A stretch of 64,000 nucleotides of DNA, taken from the NCBI GenBank assembly GCA_963797555.1, contig CAWCPV010000017.1, forward strand, positions 32,001 through 96,000, read 5' to 3'. The notes beneath the pieces were generated by a model. That model made no database searches and was not told where the DNA came from. It saw nothing but the letters and a program-made list of their open reading frames with translations. Position numbers and translations under genes: made by a program. The DNA comes from an uncultured Gammaproteobacteria bacterium (GTDB lineage Bacteria > Pseudomonadota > Gammaproteobacteria > CAWCPV01). This document shows, piece after piece, positions 52,758-63,346 of this stretch (positions are counted from its first letter, which is position 1; each line of letters begins with the position of its first letter).

Positions 52758-53179
52758 GCCTCAGCGGCGCTGCGGTCGACGACCAGACGTTCCATGAGGC
52801 GGCGCAGGCCGGGCAGGTCACGCGGTTCCCCCGGCTGCGGCCCCAATTGGACGAGGGCCTGATTTAGGCAGGCCCGCTGTCGTGCGAGGGACGCCAGCGC
52901 CCGATCGATCTCGGCGAGCCGCTGGCACAGCAAGCCCTTCAGTTCGTGGGTGGCAAGTGGGCCCTGGTCCAGTTGCCTTAGGAGGTCGGCGATGTCGGCC
53001 AGTGAGCAGCCGAGACGGCGCGCGACCCGGATGAACATCAGGCGCTCCACGTCCCGCGGACCGAATCTCCTGTACGCATTGTGCGGGTCGCGATCCGGGC
53101 TCAGCAGACGAATGCGCGCATAGTAGCGCACGACGTGCGCGGGCACTCCGGCGAGCCGCGCCAGCTCATTTACCCTCAT
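52754..53179 (-). CDS. MerR-family regulator (second paralog)
   Basis: MRVNELARLAGVPAHVVRYYARIRLL..NAYRRF..FIRVARRLGCSLADI. Confidence 0.85.
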   Translation of the reverse strand: MRVNELARLAGVPAHVVRYYARIRLLSPDRDPHNAYRRFGPRDVERLMFIRVARRLGCSLADIADLLRQLDQGPLATHELKGLLCQRLAEIDRALASLARQRACLNQALVQLGPQPGEPRDLPGLRRLMERLVVDRSAAEA

Positions 53180-53950
53180 GGCGGCGACCCTCCATGCAGC
53201 AACCGCGCCTGCAGGCAGGCCCGTTTGGTGGTTTTCCCGAAGCTTCTCGTCCCATGCCTATTACCTCCGTGTCTGGTCCTGCTCCAGGGCAGGAGCCTCA
53301 GTTCGCGGAGTCGGCGACCCGACCCCGCAGACGGCAACGGGGGCTCGGAGAACGCTATTCCAGAAGTCTGCGGAGTCGAAGGTAGAGGCGGGTGGTAAGG
53401 TGCGGCAGTGCCCGGGTAGACAGGGGCGGACAGCGGCGGCCGAACGCCCCCTCGGGCACAGGCGTCGACGGCAAGCTCGGGGCACGCGCGTCGAGCAAGG
53501 TCGAGCCGGCATCGCGCGAATCCAACATGGTGGCGGCGGCCGGCACGCGGTCGCAGTGGTGGTGTTCGTCGCTTCCTGGCGGGCTCTCGGCCACCCCTCC
53601 GGCTTGGACCGGCACGAAGCGCTGCGATCCGTGGCTAGGGAGCAGAAGCCCCGCGACGCCCTCGCAGCAAGGCCCGAGCGCCAACGTGAGGACCAGCAGC
53701 GACCAGCCGACTACGATCCAGCGCGCGAGGACACCGGCTCGCCGGGCAGAAGCCCTTTTCGGGCGCCCTGGGTGGGGCGTGCCTCGCAGAGGCAACGTGC
53801 GCTTCTCCGCTCCCAACTCCCCGCTGAGCACTGGGGTGCCGGCGACGCGCAGCATGGAGTTATCGCCGGCGGGCAACGACGAGCCACCCGACCCAGCTAA
53901 TGGGCCGTTCGGTCGTCCCCCGAAAGCGTGCACGGGCATGTAACGATCCC

Positions 53951-54455
53951 TCAGTGAAGGTGCGCCGGCCTTTGTCCGTGGCCATGCGCATGAGCGCCCG
54001 GACCTTCGGTATGGGGTAGGGACATGACGCCGAGACCATGTCGGTACACCAACTCCGCTCCGTGCCACGCAGTGGCGGCCAGAAAACCGACACCGACGAC
54101 AAGCACCGCGGCCAGCCAGGGACTGGCACCCGCGTTCCTGCGGTACCGCACGAGCGACCAGGTCGGCGCCGATAAAGAAGATGGCCAGCGTCATCAGGGC
54201 GAGGTCGCGGTGCTCCAGCATGACCGCGTGTGCCGCCTCGTCGTGGAGCACCGTGTTGAACGCGCGCCAGCCGAGGAAAGCCGTGAGCAGAGTCAACGCC
54301 GTCCCGCTCCAGAGGTTCCAGCGGGCCACCGTGAGCCACTGCTCCCTCCAGAGGGGGACCGCGAGCGCCAGCAGGTAAAACACGGTTCCTGCCGTCAGCA
54401 GCCCAATGGTGAAATGGACCAGGATGGGATGCCAGTTGGGAATGATCTCGACCAT
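53951..54455 (-). pseudogene. DUF2231-domain membrane protein, frameshifted near 54165
   Basis: NWHPILVHFTIGL, HDEAAHAVMLEHRD; C-terminal TAWHGAELVYRHGLGV in another frame. Confidence 0.75.
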
Positions 54456-54492
54456 AGCACTGCCTCCCGTAACTGCCGCCAGTCGGTGTGGT

Positions 54493-55830
54493 CTACGCGG
54501 ACCGGATCCCGTCCCGCTGCAGGTCCTCGGCACTCGCCAGATCCGCGACCGTGCCCGGCGGGTGCCGGTACCAGCCAGGATCCTCGTAGCTCCTCAGGTG
54601 CTCGCGCACCTTGAGCACCGTGAACATCCCGCCCATGTCGATATACCCGAAGGGCCCCGGCATCCCGAGCATGGGGATGCTGTTCTCCGGAACGGCCATC
54701 CTCATTTGGACCATCTCGCCCATCCCGGCCTCTCCCATCGTCATGTAACCCGGCAGCAGCGGCTGGACCCGACGGTCGATGTCCTGCGCCTTCACTCCCA
54801 CCATGTTGGGGACCCCGTGGCCCATCTGGTTCATGGTGTGATGGGTCATGTGGCAGTGGAGCGCCCAGTCCCCCGGCGCGTCGGCGATGAATTCGATCTC
54901 TCGAGTCTGGCCCACCCCGACCAGCACGGTTGCTTCAGGCCATTGGGCAGACGCTGGGATACGCTCGCCGTCGGTCCCCACGACCCTGAAGCGGTGGCCG
55001 TGCAGGTGGATGGGGTGGTGGTCCATGGCGGACAGATTGCCGATGCGGATGCGCACCCGGTCGTTCAGCCGCGCCACGAGCGGTTCCGTGCCCGGGAAGG
55101 CGCGGCCGTTCATGGTGAGGAGGTTGAAGTCCGTCATCTCGTTGGGGTTCGGGCGGGAGGTCCCGGGGTCGATGCGCCACTCCGAGAGCAGCAGGCAAAA
55201 GTCCCGGTCCACCCGCTCGTCGGGCGTCGGAAGCCGCGGGTGGATGACGAACATCCCCAGCAGCCCCAAACCCTCCTGGGTCATGCTGTCGTGATGGGAG
55301 TGGTACATGAAGGTGCCGCTCTGGCGCAGCGTCCACTCGTACCGGAAGGTCTTGCCCGGCGGGATGGGGCGCTGGGTGAGACCGCTCACTCCGTCCATGC
55401 CGCTCGGCAGGTACATGCCGTGCCAGTGCACGGTGGTGGGCGCGGGCAGCCTGTTGGTGACGTAAATACGCACCCGCTCGCCCTGGACCGCCTCGATGAC
55501 GGAGGCGTTCACACGGCCGCTGTAGCCCCAGCTCTTGGCCCTGAGACCCGGGGCAAATTCATGGTCGAGCGGCTCGGCCATGAGATGGAACACCTTCACG
55601 CCGTCGACGACCTTGAAGGGCAGCGCGGCCCCGTTCGGAACGACCACCGGCTGGTAATCTTTCCCTGGCAGGCCCGGAGGCAGTGGCGGCACGTCCACTG
55701 GGCCGCCGCTGTACGAGGCGTCCCAGCCGCGGCTAGGCTCTTGCGCCGGGGCGGCCTCGGGGACCAGCGCGGAGCCGCCCACCAGGGCGGCGGCTGCGGA
55801 CTTGAACAGATCGCGTCGCGTGAAATTCAT
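54493..55830 (-). CDS. Tat-exported multicopper oxidase
   Basis: TRRDLFK Tat motif; HWHG, YHSH, HPIHLHGH, HCHMTHH. Confidence 0.92.
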   Translation of the reverse strand: MNFTRRDLFKSAAAALVGGSALVPEAAPAQEPSRGWDASYSGGPVDVPPLPPGLPGKDYQPVVVPNGAALPFKVVDGVKVFHLMAEPLDHEFAPGLRAKSWGYSGRVNASVIEAVQGERVRIYVTNRLPAPTTVHWHGMYLPSGMDGVSGLTQRPIPPGKTFRYEWTLRQSGTFMYHSHHDSMTQEGLGLLGMFVIHPRLPTPDERVDRDFCLLLSEWRIDPGTSRPNPNEMTDFNLLTMNGRAFPGTEPLVARLNDRVRIRIGNLSAMDHHPIHLHGHRFRVVGTDGERIPASAQWPEATVLVGVGQTREIEFIADAPGDWALHCHMTHHTMNQMGHGVPNMVGVKAQDIDRRVQPLLPGYMTMGEAGMGEMVQMRMAVPENSIPMLGMPGPFGYIDMGGMFTVLKVREHLRSYEDPGWYRHPPGTVADLASAEDLQRDGIRSA

Positions 55831-55832
55831 GG

Positions 55833-57243
55833 TCAGTGTCCTCCGGCGCCGAGATCGATCATTTGGGCACCGCCGGCTACAGGTCCGGCGGAGGCGGTGA
55901 CGCGCGGCTCGACCAGCAGCCCGTTCAGGATCTCCTCGGCGCGGGCGTGGGCCAGCCAGTAATCCCGCAGCGCCCCGATGTAGCGCTGCCCGGTCAGGAT
56001 CTGCTGCTGCTGCGCCAGCAGTAGCTCGAAGACCCCCATCTGCATGGCGTTGTACTCGAGCTGGCTCCCGGCCGTGATGCGCTCCCGCAGCGGCAGGAGC
56101 ACTTCGCGCAGGTGGCGCTCCCGCGCCGCTCCGTTCTGGAGCGCAACGGCAGCGGAGCGCGCAGCCGAGCGCACCCGGACCGCGGTGTCGAGGTAGCGAT
56201 CTCGGAGCTGCGCCAGCTCGCCGCGCACCCTGGCGCGCCTGGCCTGCCCGAAGTCGAAGAGGGGCAGGGGTAGCCCGACGCTTCCACCGTAACGCCAGTG
56301 CCCTTCGTCCCGCTCCGAGCGCGGGCCCACCTCCAAGTCTGGAACCACCGAGGCAAGGTTGGTCAAGCCGACCCGCGCGGCCGCCCCCTGCATCTGCAGT
56401 TGCAGCATGGCGAGATCTAGGCTGCGGGCCACGGCTCGCTTCTCGACCTGTTGCAGATCGAGCGGCTCCGGAGGCACCGGCGGCAGGTGCGGCGCCATGC
56501 GCCACTGCGTCTGTTCCCCCCACAGCCCCATCAGTGCATTGAGCCGCTCACGGCTCACTTGCGCGGCCTCCTCGGCGTCCGCCAGCATCAGTCGGGACTG
56601 TTCGTACAGGACCTGCTCCTGATCCAAGGCGAGATGCGTAATGTTGCCCGCTTGCCGCAGGCGCTCCGCGGCCTGCCGGGCCGCATCGGTTGCCTGCACC
56701 ACCTGGCGCATCAGCTCCACGGTCTGCTGGTCGGCCTGCGCCTCGTAGAACGCGCGCCTCACCTCCCCCGCCAAATCCATGACCCGAGCGGTCACGCGCA
56801 GCTTGGCGGCCTCGAAGTCCTTCGCGGCCGCCTGCCTGCGCAGCGGCATGGTGAACAGGCCGAGGAAATCCCAGGCCACCGCGAAGTCCAGGTTGGGAGG
56901 CGCCCCGTTCTGGTTCTTGAGAATGGCCGCCTCGAACACGGGGTTGCGCAGCAGGCCGGCCTGGACTAGGTCGGCCTGGGCTATTCCCAGCTCCTCGTAG
57001 ACCGCCTGTAGACGCGGGTTATTGAGGAGGGCGACCTGCACCGCGCCGTCGGCGGTCATCTCCTCCTTCAGCATCACGGCCACGCTCTGGGCCACTGCCT
57101 GGTCCTCCGATCCGCCGTGGCGCCAGTGGATACGCTTGCCGACGCGCTCCCGAACGGAGGTGCCCACCTGGTCGAATCCAGCCCGGGGGTCGACAGTGGT
57201 GCAGCCGGAAAGCACTACCAGGACTGCGGCGAACACCTTGATC
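55833..57243 (-). CDS. TolC-family outer membrane lipoprotein paired with the multicopper oxidase
   Basis: Lipobox LSGC; AVQVALLNNPRLQA..ADLVQAGLLRNP; LPLPLFD; YNAMQMGVFELL. Confidence 0.88.
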
Positions 57244-57455
57244 ATACCGCGGACCGCCAATTTGTCAGGCGGCGGATTCGTCCGTATTGAGTGCGGAGAC
57301 GACCTCACCGCGGGAGTTTGCATGCCACGGTACGGATACGGTGCCAGTCGTTATGCTCAGGCTTCGGTAACATTGAAACGGCCGCGGGACTGCGCCAGGC
57401 ACATCGCACTCAGCGAGAAGACGGCGCCCAGAGAGTCTATAAGGAGTCCGAATCG

Positions 57456-60400
57456 TCATTCCGCGGTGGATGGGCTCCGTGTGGTGCGATGCCCTGTGAG
57501 TTCCAGGAACTCGTTTCCCGACTCGGTAGCCTCGAATCGCCCATATCGCAGCGCGAGCGTCGGCAGGACGAGGAGGTTGAGTGCCAGTGAGGTTAGGAGC
57601 CCGCCGAGAATGACCAGCGCCATTGGCCCCTCGATCTCGCGCCCCGGTGCGTCCATGCCGATCGCGAGCGGCAGCACAGCAAGCGCCGTCACGAGCGAGG
57701 TCATGAGGATCGGCGCAAGCCGGTCGGCGGCGCCGCGGATCGCTGCCTCGGGCCCCCACCGCATCCCCTCTTCCACGGTCAGGTGCTCATAGTGCGAGAT
57801 CATCAGGATGGAGTTTCTCAGGGTAATGCCGAACAGCGTAACGAAACCCACCATAGACCCCAAGGACAAGACACCGCCGAGAGCAAATACCGCCAACACG
57901 CCACCCGTTAGCGCAAAAGGCAGGTTCGCCAGGACGAGGAGCAAGTTGCGCCAGTTGCGAGTGACGATCGACAGCAGCATCACAACGCCGACGCCGGCGA
58001 TCAACCCGTTTATCAGCAGGTCACGCTGTGCCCGCGCCTGGCCCTGCGCCGCACCGGCGAATTGTATATACGTCCCGGCGGGTAGCGAAACCTTTGCGGC
58101 GAGCTGCGCCTGCGCCTGCTGCACGAAGGACGCCACGTTGCCGCCAGCCACATCCGCGGTCACTGTTTGGACGCGCTGTGCCCCTATGCGCATCACCTGG
58201 TAACGTCCGGCGGCCTCGTAAATGTCGGCGATCTGCTTGAGCAGAACGTAGGTGCCGCCCGGACTGCGCAACGGCAGATCGCCGACTTTCGTGATGCTGT
58301 TTCGACTGGCGTTGTCGAGCAGGGTGATGACGTTGAAGACCTGGTTGCCTTGATAACCCTGGCCCACAATGTCGCCCTGATAGGCCGCGCGGATCAGATC
58401 GAGCACCTCGACGGAGTCGAACCCCCAACGCTCGAGGTCAGGCTTGCGCAACCGGATCGTCAGTTGCGGCAGCCCAGGCGGCGACTGGACCTGAACTTCC
58501 GTCGCGCCCGGAACTTCACCAAGAACCCGGGCCACTTCCTGCCCCTTCTGATCGAGGGCATCGAGATCGTTGCCGAAGATATTGACCGCCACCTGAGCGG
58601 TATATCCTGAGAGGGTCTCTTCGATCCGTTCAGTCAGGAAGGTCTTGACCGAAAAGTTCACCCCGACGAAGCCCGCCAGCGCCTTGCGAATATCCGCTTG
58701 GGCCGCTTCGGCCTCGTCCCCCGATAGGCCTGGCTTGAGATCCACCTCGAATTCGCTGTACTGCGTGCCGAAGGTGTCAGTGGCGAGTTCTGCTCTCCCG
58801 ACCCGTTGCGCCACCGATCGCACGGCAGGCACTTTCAGGAGCGCGTCGGTTACACGTCTGCCCGTGCGCAGCGACTGCTCGATGGAGGTGCCGGGCACCA
58901 TCGACATATGGATAATGAAATGCCCCTCCTTGATCTCGGGCAGAAAACTGCCGCTGAAGAAAGGCAGCGCCGCACATCCGAGAACGGTCAGCCCCACGGC
59001 CGCAGCCATGGTCGCCCGAGGCCGTCGCTCAATGCCGCGCAGCAGGGACGCGTACCGAGCTTTGGTCCAGCGCACAACGGGCGGTTCCTGGGGCTCAAGA
59101 CCACGAACCAGGAGCACTACCGACAACGCCGGCGTCACTGTGAGCGCGACGAGTAGCAACGTCAAGACTGCGAGGATGTAAGCGATCCCGAGGGACCCAA
59201 AGAGCCGGCCGGCGACGCCGGATAGTGCCATGATCGGCAACACCACCAGGATGACGGCAAAAGTGGCATAGACGACGGCCCCCCGGACTTCGAAGGAGGC
59301 GTCGAGCACCACGCGCTCGGCCGGCCGCGGCTGAGGCAGATGCCGGTTCTCTCGTAGTCGTCGCGTGATATTCTCGATGCCGATCACGGCGTCATCGACC
59401 ACTACACCGAGCGCGATCGCGAGTCCGCCCAAGGTCATGGTGTTCAGCGTCGCGCCGAAATGCTCAAGGACAATGATGGCGGCAAGCAGCGACAGCGGAA
59501 TGGCAGCGACGCTGATCGCCGCAGTTCGGAAGTTGGACAGGAACAGGAAAAGGACGACAGTTACCAGTATCCCGCCCACGAAAAGCGAGGAGCGGACATT
59601 GCCAGTAGCGGTGTCGATGAAGCTGGCAGGACGGAACAGATCGGCATGCAGAGTCACACCCTCTTTCTGCAGCCCGGGCTGAAGATCCCTGAGCGCGGCT
59701 TCGACCGCCTTCGTCACCTCGACAGTGTTGGCGCCATACTGTTCCTCCACATTGAGGACCACTCCGGTTTGGCCCATGATGGCCGCACCGCCGATGGCCG
59801 GCTCCGGCGCCTCGACAACGTCAGCCACGTTCCCCAACGTGACGCTCGCCGCCCCCTCGGTCAGCAGCACAGTGTGCGCGACGTCGTCGGGCATAAGGGA
59901 CTGCCCCTCGCTCTGGAAGACGATCCGCTGGTTTTGGGTGTCGATGAAACCGGCGCCGCGCACGCCGGTTGCTCGCTGGGCCGCCGCCAGGACATCGTTG
60001 AGGGTGAGGCCGTGGCGGATGAGCTGGTCCGGATGGACCTGGACCTGGATCGACTTCACATCGCCGCCAAACACCGAGACATTGGCCACCCCCGGGACAG
60101 CGAGAAGCCGGAGACGTAGCGTCCAATCGGCAATCGTCCGTAGGTCCATCAGCGACTGCTGTTGCGACGTGATGCCCGCCACCAATACCACGCTCGTGGA
60201 GGAGGTGAGCGGCGTCATCGTTGGCGGTTTCGCACCCTGCGGTAGCTCACCCGCAGCCGTGGCCAGACGCTCGGCGACGACTTGCCGGTCGCGGTAGATG
60301 TCACTTGATGAACTAAAGAAGACCGTGACGACCGAGAGGCCCTGGATCGAGATGGAGCGAAGCGTTTGCACGCCCGGCACACCGTTGATAGCATTCTCGA

Positions 60401-60626
60401 TGGGCTGAGTGACGAGGATCTCGACCTGTTGCGGCGTGAGCCCCGGCGCCTCGGTCTGAATGCCCACCTGCGGCGGCGCGAATTCGGGGAATACGTCGTA
60501 TCTCGCTCGCTGCAGAGCATAGACGCCGTAGCCCAGGAGGACGCAGGCCAGCGCGATGATCATGCCGCGGAAGCGGATCGAGAAGCGGATTATGGCCCCT
60601 TGAGGCCCGGACGGGACGGGAGGCAT
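57456..60626 (-). CDS. Heavy-metal RND permease, CzcA/CusA family
   Basis: DVFPEFAPPQV.IQTEAPG, TLGGLAIALGVVVDDA, RLAPILMT, GGLLTS. Confidence 0.92.
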   Translation of the reverse strand: MPPVPSGPQGAIIRFSIRFRGMIIALACVLLGYGVYALQRARYDVFPEFAPPQVGIQTEAPGLTPQQVEILVTQPIENAINGVPGVQTLRSISIQGLSVVTVFFSSSSDIYRDRQVVAERLATAAGELPQGAKPPTMTPLTSSTSVVLVAGITSQQQSLMDLRTIADWTLRLRLLAVPGVANVSVFGGDVKSIQVQVHPDQLIRHGLTLNDVLAAAQRATGVRGAGFIDTQNQRIVFQSEGQSLMPDDVAHTVLLTEGAASVTLGNVADVVEAPEPAIGGAAIMGQTGVVLNVEEQYGANTVEVTKAVEAALRDLQPGLQKEGVTLHADLFRPASFIDTATGNVRSSLFVGGILVTVVLFLFLSNFRTAAISVAAIPLSLLAAIIVLEHFGATLNTMTLGGLAIALGVVVDDAVIGIENITRRLRENRHLPQPRPAERVVLDASFEVRGAVVYATFAVILVVLPIMALSGVAGRLFGSLGIAYILAVLTLLLVALTVTPALSVVLLVRGLEPQEPPVVRWTKARYASLLRGIERRPRATMAAAVGLTVLGCAALPFFSGSFLPEIKEGHFIIHMSMVPGTSIEQSLRTGRRVTDALLKVPAVRSVAQRVGRAELATDTFGTQYSEFEVDLKPGLSGDEAEAAQADIRKALAGFVGVNFSVKTFLTERIEETLSGYTAQVAVNIFGNDLDALDQKGQEVARVLGEVPGATEVQVQSPPGLPQLTIRLRKPDLERWGFDSVEVLDLIRAAYQGDIVGQGYQGNQVFNVITLLDNASRNSITKVGDLPLRSPGGTYVLLKQIADIYEAAGRYQVMRIGAQRVQTVTADVAGGNVASFVQQAQAQLAAKVSLPAGTYIQFAGAAQGQARAQRDLLINGLIAGVGVVMLLSIVTRNWRNLLLVLANLPFALTGGVLAVFALGGVLSLGSMVGFVTLFGITLRNSILMISHYEHLTVEEGMRWGPEAAIRGAADRLAPILMTSLVTALAVLPLAIGMDAPGREIEGPMALVILGGLLTSLALNLLVLPTLALRYGRFEATESGNEFLELTGHRTTRSPSTAE

Positions 60627-60628
60627 GG

Positions 60629-61756
60629 CTAGTCCTGACCGACCTGGAATTGCGCCCGGAACTCTTCCGACAGCAGCGCCTGGGCACCCTGCGTGACAAG
60701 CTGGGTTTTGCTGGGCAATCCCTTGATAACGTAACCGCCATCCGGCGTCGGCAGGTCGGTCGCGATCTCGCGGCGCGTGAAAGTCTGCGGGCCGGTGCGA
60801 AGATAGACCCATGCCTTGCCTTGCACCCACACGACCGCCGATTGGGGCACCATCCCTGCGGCGACAGGCGTCCCGTCCGGCAGGAACGCCAGCACGTTGA
60901 GCCCCGGCAGCAAACCGCTCTCGGCCGGCGCGATGTAGAAGAAGCTCAGCCCCTGGATTTTGGGATCGGTCTTGGTCGCCGCCGAGACGTATTTGAGTCG
61001 GACCCTACGAGCATTGCCAAGTTGGGCCGAGGCGATCTCGGGCACCTTCTCGATGAAGACGCCAGGCGGCAAGGTCACCTGGACAACGAAATCCTGTCGC
61101 TCGATGAGCCGGGTGACCATCGGCAACTCGGCCACAAGCGCCTGTCCGAACACCGGTCCCCAGTTCTGCTCGGCCGTCGCGGCCAAGGTTCGCAACTGGG
61201 ACTGGGCCGATGCGAGGGCCGCACGGTCGGCGCGGTACGTCGCCTCGGCTGCCTGCAACTGCGCGGCCGACATGTTCTGCTGGTCCTCGTAAAGCCTTCG
61301 CGCCCGTTCGAAGGCGCCCTGCGAGGCTGCAAGCTTCGCCTGGACCGCCTGCAACTGCGCCTTCGCGTTCACATAGTTGTTGCTGAGGTCGGTAAACTGT
61401 TGGAGATCGAGAACTGTGCCATACGCGCGGATTTGCTGCTGATACGGCGCGCGCTGCAGGATCGTCGTCTCGACGCCGCTTTGTTGCTGCGCGGCGCGAT
61501 CGAGCGTAATCACCGACGCACCGTTCTCTGTCGAAACCCGGAGGGGCACCTTGACCGGACTCTCCCGCTCGGCCTCGAGCGCCGCCTGTTTTCGGCCGGC
61601 GCTAAATCCCCAGATGACAAGAGCGCCAAGGCCAAGAACGATGACCACGGCAACGGCGATGCGGAGAAGCGTGGTACCTCGGATCGAATGTCGATGGCTC
61701 ACGAAGACGGCTCCGAAGGGGCGAGGCGGGGGCTCTGTTCCGGTACGGTGGGCCAC
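60629..61756 (-). CDS. RND membrane fusion (periplasmic adaptor) protein (start uncertain)
   Basis: Single TM, helical hairpin, VPQSAVVW, VTQGAQALLSEE. Confidence 0.85.
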   Translation of the reverse strand: MAHRTGTEPPPRPFGAVFVSHRHSIRGTTLLRIAVAVVIVLGLGALVIWGFSAGRKQAALEAERESPVKVPLRVSTENGASVITLDRAAQQQSGVETTILQRAPYQQQIRAYGTVLDLQQFTDLSNNYVNAKAQLQAVQAKLAASQGAFERARRLYEDQQNMSAAQLQAAEATYRADRAALASAQSQLRTLAATAEQNWGPVFGQALVAELPMVTRLIERQDFVVQVTLPPGVFIEKVPEIASAQLGNARRVRLKYVSAATKTDPKIQGLSFFYIAPAESGLLPGLNVLAFLPDGTPVAAGMVPQSAVVWVQGKAWVYLRTGPQTFTRREIATDLPTPDGGYVIKGLPSKTQLVTQGAQALLSEEFRAQFQVGQD

Positions 61757-63147
61757 CGCCCCGGATCGAACAGCGGTTGCTGAAGACCATCCTCCAGGGC
61801 ACCAAGAGCCTGACGCTGCTGCACCACCGCATCGAATCGAGAGAATGCGGTTGCGGCGACTTCGAGTTCCGTCGTCACGAGCGTCGGCCGGTCGACTTGG
61901 CCGACACGAAACGAGATTTCCACTCGGCGCTCGCGGCGCTCCTCGTCGGCCAGCAGCGCATCGCCCGTCGCGACGCTTTGGTTCGCCGCACGATACGCGG
62001 TCGCCGCCTGGTCGATGGCGCCGATGATTTGCGCCTGAAGGGCGGTAAAATTGGCCGCCGCCTGCTGCCGATTGGCGAGCGCCTGGGCGATCGAGCCCTG
62101 GTTGTGGTGGAAAATCGGAAGATCAGCACCGAGCCCGAGCATGTACTTGTTGACGCCGAAGTCGTAGTCATAGCCCGGCCCCAGCGTGACGTTCGGATAC
62201 TGATTGGCGACCTCGATCCGCAGCGCCGATTGCGCCGCCTCATATTCCTGGAGGCTCGCTTGCACGTCGGTGCGCTTCGTCAGGGCCTTGCGGCGCAACT
62301 CACCAATGGCGCGGGTCGCGGTCGTAGGCGGCGGTTGATCGAAGGCGCTGAGCGACACGTCCCCGCCTTCGAGCGCGTGGACCGGAATGCCGATGGCGGT
62401 TGCGAGCTGCACTCGTGCATCGGCCGAGGCGCGTTCGAGATCGCGGATGGCGAAAGTGATTTGGGCCCGGTTGATGCGCTCGCGCGAGACATCGAGAGAC
62501 GACGCCTCCCCCATGGCAAACCGCCGTTCGAGAAGGCCAACCAGTTGGTCTTGGAGATCGAGTCGCCGATGGGTCAACGCCAATCGCTCCCGAGCCGCCC
62601 AGAGGTCAAGGAGTGCCGCGCGGACGCGCCGGCGCACTTGCCAGCCGGCCGTCGCAAGAGCCCACCGCGCCGACTCCGCGAGATGTTCGGCTTGCGCTGT
62701 GCGGTATTTGCGCTTTCCAAAGGTTTCGAGGACGAAGTCAATCACCGGGCCGACCGTGATCGGTGCGGCGCCTGCTGGGGTGGCGGCGCCGACCACAGCG
62801 GCTTGGCCGAACACATTCGTGAGGCTGAGCGCGGGGTTCGGGCGCTCGCGTGCAGTGATGACGCCAGCCTCGGCACCGGCCAGTTTGGCGCGGGCGATGT
62901 CGAGATCGGGATGGAAGTAAAGCGCTGCCAGGCTGAGCGTACTGAGATCCCAGAGGCCGGCGTGCACCGGCTCCCCTGAGAGCGAGAGGCTCGCTTCGAT
63001 GAACTCCTGCAAGCGCCGATCGTGGAGCGTGCGTGCATCGAGCGCGCGGGCGTTCGCAGCAGCAGAAATGGGCTGCGCTTGATAAACGGCGCAAGCTGGA
63101 AGCACTCCAAGCGCGAGCAAAATGCTCGCGCGATAAACAGGCCGCAT
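61699..63147 (-). CDS. TolC-family outer membrane factor of the RND system
   Basis: Lipobox LPAC; HPDLDIARA, ERPNP, ANQYPNVTLGPGY, LPIFHHNQG. Confidence 0.88.
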   Translation of the reverse strand: MRPVYRASILLALGVLPACAVYQAQPISAAANARALDARTLHDRRLQEFIEASLSLSGEPVHAGLWDLSTLSLAALYFHPDLDIARAKLAGAEAGVITARERPNPALSLTNVFGQAAVVGAATPAGAAPITVGPVIDFVLETFGKRKYRTAQAEHLAESARWALATAGWQVRRRVRAALLDLWAARERLALTHRRLDLQDQLVGLLERRFAMGEASSLDVSRERINRAQITFAIRDLERASADARVQLATAIGIPVHALEGGDVSLSAFDQPPPTTATRAIGELRRKALTKRTDVQASLQEYEAAQSALRIEVANQYPNVTLGPGYDYDFGVNKYMLGLGADLPIFHHNQGSIAQALANRQQAAANFTALQAQIIGAIDQAATAYRAANQSVATGDALLADEERRERRVEISFRVGQVDRPTLVTTELEVAATAFSRFDAVVQQRQALGALEDGLQQPLFDPGRWPTVPEQSPRLAPSEPSS

Positions 63148-63282
63148 GCGGACCCCATCGTCAGAGCAACGTAGAATCAGGCTGGGCGCTCGCAAACACC
63201 CATTCTCTCAGAGACAGGGCGGAGATAACCCTCCTGAATCGCTGCAACTGCTTCAAACCGTCGGCTCTAGTTACGCTCGATT

Positions 63283-63346
63283 TACCCACAAATTCGGCTC
63301 CTCGGCAGAATTTGTGGGTAGAGCCACAAATTCTGCCGAGGAGCCG
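63283..63346. repeat. Abutting ISL3-like terminal inverted repeats (palindrome)
   Basis: CGGCTCCTCGGCAGAATTTGTGG-gtagag-CCACAAATTCTGCCGAGGAGCCG, a perfect 23-bp IR; overlapping second IR at 63283-63320. Confidence 0.75.

Noticed and set aside
53355-54533. Single 392-aa ORF
   Set aside because: Read-through product of the DUF2231 frameshift; the 3' part may hide a small gene but I cannot support a call.
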